From positions 544,001-608,000 of the forward strand of contig CAVXWP010000009.1 in the NCBI GenBank assembly GCA_963765495.1: a DNA stretch of 64,000 nucleotides, written 5' to 3'. The translations under genes and the position numbers were made by a program. Shown here piece after piece: positions 58,010-64,000 of this stretch (positions are counted from its first letter, which is position 1; the number at the start of each line of letters is the position of its first letter). A model generated the notes under the pieces. It was given only the letters and a program-made list of their open reading frames with translations. It did no database searches and was not told the DNA's origin. This stretch comes from Blastocatellia bacterium (lineage in GTDB: Bacteria; Acidobacteriota; Blastocatellia; UBA7656).

Positions 58010-59670
58010 TCGGCAGTATGATAGGCCCTTATGAGATCACCGAAAGTATAGGCGAAGGCGGGATGGGAACGGTCTTCAGAGGGATTGACACGATGCTCGA
58101 ACGCGAGGTCGCCATCAAGATGTTGCGGCCTGAACTGGCCAGCCAGCCCCAGGTCGTGGAAAGATTTCGAACCGAAGCCATAACCCTCGCAAAACTCAAT
58201 CATCCTAATGTCGCTACCCTCTACAGCTTTCTGCGCCAGGGCGACGACTACTTCATGATCATGGAATTCGTGCGCGGGGAGACGCTCGACGAGATCATAA
58301 GAAAACACGGCGCTATGAGTTGTGAACGAGCCATATCGCTTTTTTGCCACGCTCTTGAAGGCATTGAGCACGCGCATAAAATGGGCGTCATCCACCGCGA
58401 CATAAAACCCGCCAATATGATGCTGACAAAGGAAGGCGTGCTAAAGGTCATGGACTTCGGAATAGCCCGCGTGCTGGGGTCCGCCCGCATGACCCGGCAC
58501 GGAAACATCATCGGAACCATCGAATATATGTCGCCCGAACAGGTGCGCGGCGAAGAGACCGATGCCCGCTCCGATATTTATTCCCTCGGCATTTTGCTTT
58601 ACGAAATGCTCACGGGTCGCATCCCTTTCGAAAGTAAAAGCGAATTTGAGTTGATGAGATCGCAGATAGAAGACGCGCCGGAACCTCCAACCACTTTTGC
58701 CGATCACATACCGCTTGAACTGGAGCAGGCCATCATGCGTTCGCTGGCCAAAATGCCCGATGCCCGGTTCCAGACCGCAAACGAATTTCGCGCACAACTG
58801 CTCAATACAATCTCTTCGGGGACCAATAAACTCAAGAGCGCAGAGATCACCTATGCCGCGCCCAAAACTCGTATACTCGAACCCCTGCCTCAGTCTGAAC
58901 CATTGCCGACTCCGCAGCCGCCACAGAGCACAACCTTTAAGACCCGGCTTGATGAACCCGTTATTGCGAGAACAAAATTAAACGAACCCGTAGCTACCGG
59001 CGGTGATGAAATCAAAGCGACTCGCCTGGATGCAACCGTCCCGCTCGGGCCCGAACAGACCGAACTCCTCGCGCCGCCTCAAGAAGTTCAAGAAGTAAAG
59101 GAAGCTCAACAAGAAGTTCAACCGGCTCAACCTTCTTCAAAAAAGAGACTAAACTGGATGCATTATACCGGGGCGGCTGTCATATTAATGCTACTCATAG
59201 GCGTACCGTTTGCGCTCATAACCGGGAAGAAACAGACCCCTATCGAAGTTCCTGCGGCGGTCGAGTCGTCTGACGCCGCACCCGAAGCTTCTGAATCGTC
59301 CGCTCCTCCGGCTGAAACCGGAACCAATCCCTCCGATACATCGAACGCGGTCGCGCCGAACGCGCAGCCCGATTCCGAATCCTCAGACAGGGATAACACA
59401 AAGGCTTCGCCAACTCATACCCCTCGAAGCGAAAAGGATGCGGAAGGCCCAAAAGCGAGCGAGACGCCGACTGCCGCCGCCGAGCGGCCTGCGCCCGAAC
59501 AGACTCAACCTAAAGAAGAGACCGCAGCCGCTCCAAAAAAGGCCGAGAAACCCGCTGAAGCGAATAAAGACAAGAAAGAGAAGAAGGGATTGTTCGGCAA
59601 GATTAAAGGGATTTTCGGGGGCGACGATAAGGCCGACGACAAAAAGAAGAAGCCAGAGAAAAAACCCTGA
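58006..59670 (+). CDS. Hanks-type Ser/Thr protein kinase with one TM and a low-complexity C-terminal tail
   Basis: GEGGMG, VAIK, HRDIKPAN, DFG, YMSPE. Confidence 0.95.
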   Translation: MIGSMIGPYEITESIGEGGMGTVFRGIDTMLEREVAIKMLRPELASQPQVVERFRTEAITLAKLNHPNVATLYSFLRQGDDYFMIMEFVRGETLDEIIRKHGAMSCERAISLFCHALEGIEHAHKMGVIHRDIKPANMMLTKEGVLKVMDFGIARVLGSARMTRHGNIIGTIEYMSPEQVRGEETDARSDIYSLGILLYEMLTGRIPFESKSEFELMRSQIEDAPEPPTTFADHIPLELEQAIMRSLAKMPDARFQTANEFRAQLLNTISSGTNKLKSAEITYAAPKTRILEPLPQSEPLPTPQPPQSTTFKTRLDEPVIARTKLNEPVATGGDEIKATRLDATVPLGPEQTELLAPPQEVQEVKEAQQEVQPAQPSSKKRLNWMHYTGAAVILMLLIGVPFALITGKKQTPIEVPAAVESSDAAPEASESSAPPAETGTNPSDTSNAVAPNAQPDSESSDRDNTKASPTHTPRSEKDAEGPKASETPTAAAERPAPEQTQPKEETAAAPKKAEKPAEANKDKKEKKGLFGKIKGIFGGDDKADDKKKKPEKKP

Positions 59671-59681
59671 CTACATCTACC

Positions 59682-59720
59682 ATCTGAGATCTGAGATTTC
59701 AAATCTCCAAATCTCAGATC
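59682..59720. repeat. Inverted heptamer array, GATYTGA family
   Basis: atctgagatctgagatttcaaatctccaaatctcagatc between convergent stops. Confidence 0.75.
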
Positions 59721-60933
59721 AGAGGGTAAAATCGAGCACAATAGGATCGTGATCTGAGAGCGCCCCCGCAGAATCGGCAAGATCATAAACTACGTGAGGG
59801 CGCAGGTCGGGATAAACTGAAATCCCACGGCCCGCGAACCAGTCGAGTTTGAACGAGCAACGACCGTCGCGCCCCTTAAGCGCCCAATAAATAAACTTGA
59901 AACACCATTGCGGCAGCCATTCTCCCATGTTTTTGTTGGCCGCCATATCCGCCACATCATAATGCAGAGTGCAGGCTCCCGGCTCATTCATATCGCGGTA
60001 GTTGTACCCGCGCCGTCTTAAATCCTTGAAAAGTCCCCGCTCAAACCAGCGATCAGGGTAAGGGTAGTGATTCTCGCTGACGTTGCGCACTCCCATTGCT
60101 ACGCGTCTGAAATAGCCCAGTATCGAAGTAAAAGCCCTCTGCGAATTATAAGTGGACGTGTTCCAATCGCCGCCTATCAGCACGGGCAGTTTTGGAGTGA
60201 GGCTATCGAGGTGATCGAGCATCAATCGCATCTGGCGCTTGCGATGGCGGAGGCTCGAATGCGCGTCGAGATGCAGGCTGACGGCCCGGAAACGCCCCCG
60301 TGGATGATCCACTTCGGCCACGACCGCGCGCTGGCAGCCAAGCCGCTTCTCTTCCCCCTTCATCTTGTCTTTGCCGTTTGGCAGCGCGATTGAATGCGCC
60401 TCGATCAGCGGGTAACGTGACAACAGGGCATTGCCGTGGAGCGCGAAAGTGTTATCTCCGTCGGCGAGCTTTTCAAGCCCGCACCCCTTTGTCAGGGCCA
60501 GATAGCAGGGCGCGAATACGTAATTAAGACCAAGCGCCCTGGCAATTTCGCGTGTGATGTTCAGGTTGCCCGTCCGTGCCATCCCATAGTCGAGTTCCGT
60601 CAGCAGTAACAGGTCGCTCCCCTTCATCGAAGGGTGTTTCTCAAGCGCGCCGATGATCGCGTCAAGGCGAATGCCACGCTCGATATTCCAGGCCGTAGCC
60701 CGAATCATCATTGAATTCTCCCGGTTGGACGAAGGCGTTCGGGCGAAATTTTCCTGAGCCATCGCGCCCAGAACCTTTTCGATTTCAGGTTTCAGGGTGG
60801 CATATACCAGGGATGCTTCCATCTCTCTGGTTGATTCAAATTGCGCGAGTTCGGCCAGGTAAGGCGACAACTCATGGTCGAGCGCAGAGGCTTCTTTTGC
60901 AGGATAGCTGATCATAGGTTCAAAGGGAGACAA
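59719..60933 (-). CDS. Endonuclease/exonuclease/phosphatase family protein
   Basis: AWNIERG, LTELD, GNALLSRYP, GGDWN, LDW, SDHDP; start uncertain. Confidence 0.9.
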   Translation of the reverse strand: MSPFEPMISYPAKEASALDHELSPYLAELAQFESTREMEASLVYATLKPEIEKVLGAMAQENFARTPSSNRENSMMIRATAWNIERGIRLDAIIGALEKHPSMKGSDLLLLTELDYGMARTGNLNITREIARALGLNYVFAPCYLALTKGCGLEKLADGDNTFALHGNALLSRYPLIEAHSIALPNGKDKMKGEEKRLGCQRAVVAEVDHPRGRFRAVSLHLDAHSSLRHRKRQMRLMLDHLDSLTPKLPVLIGGDWNTSTYNSQRAFTSILGYFRRVAMGVRNVSENHYPYPDRWFERGLFKDLRRRGYNYRDMNEPGACTLHYDVADMAANKNMGEWLPQWCFKFIYWALKGRDGRCSFKLDWFAGRGISVYPDLRPHVVYDLADSAGALSDHDPIVLDFTL

Positions 60934-60992
60934 TCTACCGGATTGCCCTCCTCTCTTTCAAGCGCTTCTCGCGGGTGTAAGAAATCATGATA

Positions 60993-61060
60993 GCCACAGA
61001 GGCACCGCAGACACAGAAAAAAGAATATAAAAGCCTCTGTGTCTGCGGTGCCTCTGTGGC
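60993..61060. repeat. Inverted nonamer-type array, CACAGAG family
   Basis: Perfect 25-bp IR gccacagaggcaccgcagacacaga / tctgtgtctgcggtgcctctgtggc. Confidence 0.9.
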
Positions 61061-61123
61061 GGATTCTCTCCTTTTCTGATGAGAGGCTCGCGAGCATATT
61101 CCAATTCGATTACAATATTCAGC

Positions 61124-62023
61124 ATGTGGGTGAGCAGCCGCAAGAAATCCATAGCCTTCTTTATCACCCTGGGGTCGTGCCTGGTGGCGCTCACCGTGGC
61201 GCTCAATGTCGGCTGGGTTCTGCTCAACTGGCGCGAGGTCGCGCTGCTGATACTCGGGATCATTTTTTTCATCGCGATCATCAGCGGCCTTGTGCTAAAC
61301 ACCATATTTCTGGTTCGAGAGATTCGCCGCAACGAACAGCACGACGCCTTTATCAATGCCGTTACGCACGAATTGAAGACCCCGCTTGCATCCATAAGGC
61401 TCTATCTTGAAACCTTGAAGACCCGCGACGTGGACGACACACGAAGACGCGAGTTCTATGATGTGATGCTTGCCGATAGCGACCGGCTGCTTCATACGGT
61501 GGAGCAGGTGTTGAAGGCGGGACAGACGGGGCAGCGCCGCCGCCCGATAACTCGGTCAGTCATCAACCTGTGCGATCTCACACGCGAATCAATAGAGCTT
61601 GCCCGCACGCGGTATCACCTGCCCGATGGCGCGCTCATCTACAGCGAATCGCTCGACTCCGATCAGGTAAATATCCTTGGCGACGAGGATGAACTGCGCG
61701 CCGCCGTGTCGAACCTGATTGACAACGCTATAAAGTATTCCGATACGGTTGTGCAGATTTCGGTCAGCGTAGAAACCTCCGGCGATAAATACGTGACCGT
61801 CCGCGTCACAGACCGTGGCATAGGCATTCCACGCACTCAACTCAAACGGGTCTTCAAACGCTTCTATCGAGTGCCTGAACGCGTGCTGACACACGTGAAA
61901 GGCTCGGGGCTCGGGCTGTTTATCGTTCGTTCAGTGGTGAAAAGGCACGGAGGCCGCGCCTTTGCCGAAAGTGAAGGCGAAGGCAAAGGCAGCACGTTTA
62001 CGATTCAACTCCCGAGGACTTAA
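61124..62023 (+). CDS. Sensor histidine kinase
   Basis: Two TMs, THELKTPL, NLIDNAIKYS, DRGIGI, GSGLGL; ATG 61124 preferred. Confidence 0.93.
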   Translation: MWVSSRKKSIAFFITLGSCLVALTVALNVGWVLLNWREVALLILGIIFFIAIISGLVLNTIFLVREIRRNEQHDAFINAVTHELKTPLASIRLYLETLKTRDVDDTRRREFYDVMLADSDRLLHTVEQVLKAGQTGQRRRPITRSVINLCDLTRESIELARTRYHLPDGALIYSESLDSDQVNILGDEDELRAAVSNLIDNAIKYSDTVVQISVSVETSGDKYVTVRVTDRGIGIPRTQLKRVFKRFYRVPERVLTHVKGSGLGLFIVRSVVKRHGGRAFAESEGEGKGSTFTIQLPRT

Positions 62024-62027
62024 AGCG

Positions 62028-62822
62028 ATGAAGTCGTTACTGATCGTGGAGGACGAGAAACATCTTGCCGACGGATTGCGATTTAATCTCGAAGCCGAAG
62101 GGTATAGCGTAGACCTGGCCGAAGACGGCGAGGCGGCGCTCGAAGCGGTTATGCGCTCCCGCAAGACTTACGATGCGGTCGTGCTGGATGTGATGTTGCC
62201 CGGCATAGACGGATTCACCGTCGCCTCGGAGTTACGCAAGGCAAACCAGTTTGTACCCATCCTGATGCTGACGGCGCGGGGCCGCCCCGAAGATGTGCTT
62301 CGTGGATTTGAGAGCGGCGCGGACGATTATCTGACCAAACCCTTTGAGCTTGCGATATTGATAGCGCGTGTTCACGGTCTGATACGACGGCTCGAATGGT
62401 CGAGCAGAGAGCGCAAGCAGTCACAACCGGAACCTTCTTTATCCGAATATCGGTCGAAGGAAGCGGCATCTTCCAGCCCTTCGTCCGCGTCTGAAGATCA
62501 GGAATTTATCTTCGACGGAAAGACGATAGACTTCGATGCCCTCCAGATCAGAGTCGGCGAGCGGGTCGTGCAATTGACACTCATGGAAGCGGAGCTTTTG
62601 CGTTTTCTTACAAAGCGGACGGGTAAAGCCGTCTCGCGCAAATCCATGCTCGAAGAGGTGTGGGGGTTGCGCGAAGACACAGACACCCGCGCAATTGATA
62701 ATTTCATCGTCCGTCTGAGAAAGTACATCGAAGACGAGCCTTCAAATCCCCGTCACCTGCTGACGGTCAGAGGAGTCGGGTATCGCTTCGTTCCCTTTCC
62801 CGATTCGACAAACAACGTATGA
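62028..62822 (+). CDS. OmpR-family response regulator
   Basis: [29 protein letters not shown]; ATG 62028. Confidence 0.95.
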   Translation: MKSLLIVEDEKHLADGLRFNLEAEGYSVDLAEDGEAALEAVMRSRKTYDAVVLDVMLPGIDGFTVASELRKANQFVPILMLTARGRPEDVLRGFESGADDYLTKPFELAILIARVHGLIRRLEWSSRERKQSQPEPSLSEYRSKEAASSSPSSASEDQEFIFDGKTIDFDALQIRVGERVVQLTLMEAELLRFLTKRTGKAVSRKSMLEEVWGLREDTDTRAIDNFIVRLRKYIEDEPSNPRHLLTVRGVGYRFVPFPDSTNNV

Positions 62823-63187
62823 ATGAAAAGCTCGAAAAAACAGTCGAAACGCTCGGCGTAAACAGGATCAAACGCCACATCTTTTTGTGCTCGGATCAAA
62901 CCAAACCAAAATGCTCGGACAGAGTGTCGAGCCTTGAATCGTGGAATTATCTGAAGCGACGGCTCAAGGAACTGAATCTCGCGGAAGCGGGCGTCTATCG
63001 CACAAAGGCAAACTGCCTTCAGATATGTATGCAGGGGCCGATTGCGGTCGTCTACCCGGAGGGCACCTGGTATCACTCGTGCACGCCCGAGGTGATCGAG
63101 CGAATCGTTCAGGAACATTTGATCGAAGGCCGCCCGGTCAAAGATTATCTGATAACAGAACATCCCCTGCCCGACGCCTGCCGATAG
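62819..63187 (+). CDS. Thioredoxin-like [2Fe-2S] ferredoxin
   Basis: HIFLC...KC...[21 protein letters not shown]. Confidence 0.88.
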   Translation: MNEKLEKTVETLGVNRIKRHIFLCSDQTKPKCSDRVSSLESWNYLKRRLKELNLAEAGVYRTKANCLQICMQGPIAVVYPEGTWYHSCTPEVIERIVQEHLIEGRPVKDYLITEHPLPDACR

Positions 63188-63195
63188 AGGGACGA

Positions 63196-63313
63196 GTGAT
63201 TCGTGATTCGTGAGATTTGTAATTATAGTAGCCTGTAGGGGCAGGGCTTGTCCCTGCCCGGATCGCCCGAAGGGCGATGAGTTTCTTGTGCGAAGCACGA
63301 ATCACGAATCACG
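63196..63313. repeat. GTGATTC inverted heptamer array with a nested GTAG REP (63235-63280)
   Basis: gtgattcgtgattcgtga ... cacgaatcacgaatcacg; REP is the exact reverse complement of 33503-33548. Confidence 0.9.
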
Positions 63314-63357
63314 TTTCAAAATTTCCCTAATCCATCTCAAGCGGTTATCTTCATATT

Positions 63358-64000
63358 ATGAGCAGGGATTTTCGCTACGGGCGCAACACTAAATCTGACG
63401 AGGCTCCATCCTGGCGCGAACGCATCGCGGCGCTCCGTTATGTGCCGCCGCTAATCCGGCTTGTCTGGCAGACGCATGGCGGCTACACCATCGCGATGGC
63501 TGTGCTGCGGCTGGTTCGCTCGTTTGTGCCCGTGGCCACGCTCTGGATAGGAAAGCTGATCATTGACACGGTAGTCGCGATGCGCGAGTCTCAACCCGAT
63601 TTCCCGCGCCTGTGGCGGCTTGTGGCGCTCGAATTCGCAATCGTGCTTGCAGGTGAAGCTCTGGCTCGCGCCTCCGCGCTTGTCGAAAGTCTGTTGAGCG
63701 ATCTGTTTTCCAATCACACCTCAGTGCGGTTGATGAAGCACGCGGCCACGCTCGATCTTTATCATTTCGAAGACCCGAATTTTTACGACAAGCTCGAACG
63801 GGCGCGCAGGCAAACGACCGGGCGAATCGGATTGCTCGAACAATTGCTTGGCATGGCTCAGGACCTGCTGACGCTCGTCTCGCTCGGGGCCGCCTTATTT
63901 GTCTACAGCCCCTGGCTTCTGTTGCTGCTGGCCGTCGCCGTATTGCCGAGCTTTCTCGGAGAGACGCATTTCGCCTCGCTCGAATATTCGCTGCTCTACA
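63358..64000 (+). CDS. ABC transporter permease/ATP-binding protein, 5' part (runs off window)
   Basis: Open from ATG 63358: ...LWIGKLIID...HAATLDLYHFEDPNFYDKLERARRQ; not in ORF track. Confidence 0.85.
   Translation, partial: MSRDFRYGRNTKSDEAPSWRERIAALRYVPPLIRLVWQTHGGYTIAMAVLRLVRSFVPVATLWIGKLIIDTVVAMRESQPDFPRLWRLVALEFAIVLAGEALARASALVESLLSDLFSNHTSVRLMKHAATLDLYHFEDPNFYDKLERARRQTTGRIGLLEQLLGMAQDLLTLVSLGAALFVYSPWLLLLLAVAVLPSFLGETHFASLEYSLLY

Overview
A 64 kb chromosomal window from a GC-rich diderm bacterium; gene content and style suggest Acidobacteriota, possibly Blastocatellia (inference). Housekeeping blocks are fabZ-lpxA-lpxI, bamA-skp-skp, cbs/ahcY/metK, amrB-amrA, nfo-leuS-lptE-holA-rpsT, a protease-FHA/PP2C/Ser-Thr kinase locus and a two-component system. 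Accessory genes include a multicopper oxidase-SCO-paired exported protein-diheme cluster, an AT-rich DUF6883/DUF4926-TPR pair, an orphan family 1 encapsulin and a Ca/Na antiporter. No tRNA, rRNA, CRISPR array or transposase was seen. The strongest unexplained signal is non-coding. More than 20 gene junctions carry inverted arrays of 7-nt or 9-nt units from about 9 sequence families. The heptamer arrays are anchored on stop codons and mostly place stops in all three frames, and two copies share a 15-bp core. Elements also nest inside each other, together with GTAG-type REPs and two ISAs1-like MITEs whose target-site duplications each contain a putative promoter -35 box. All product calls come from motif recognition by eye; no database search was run.
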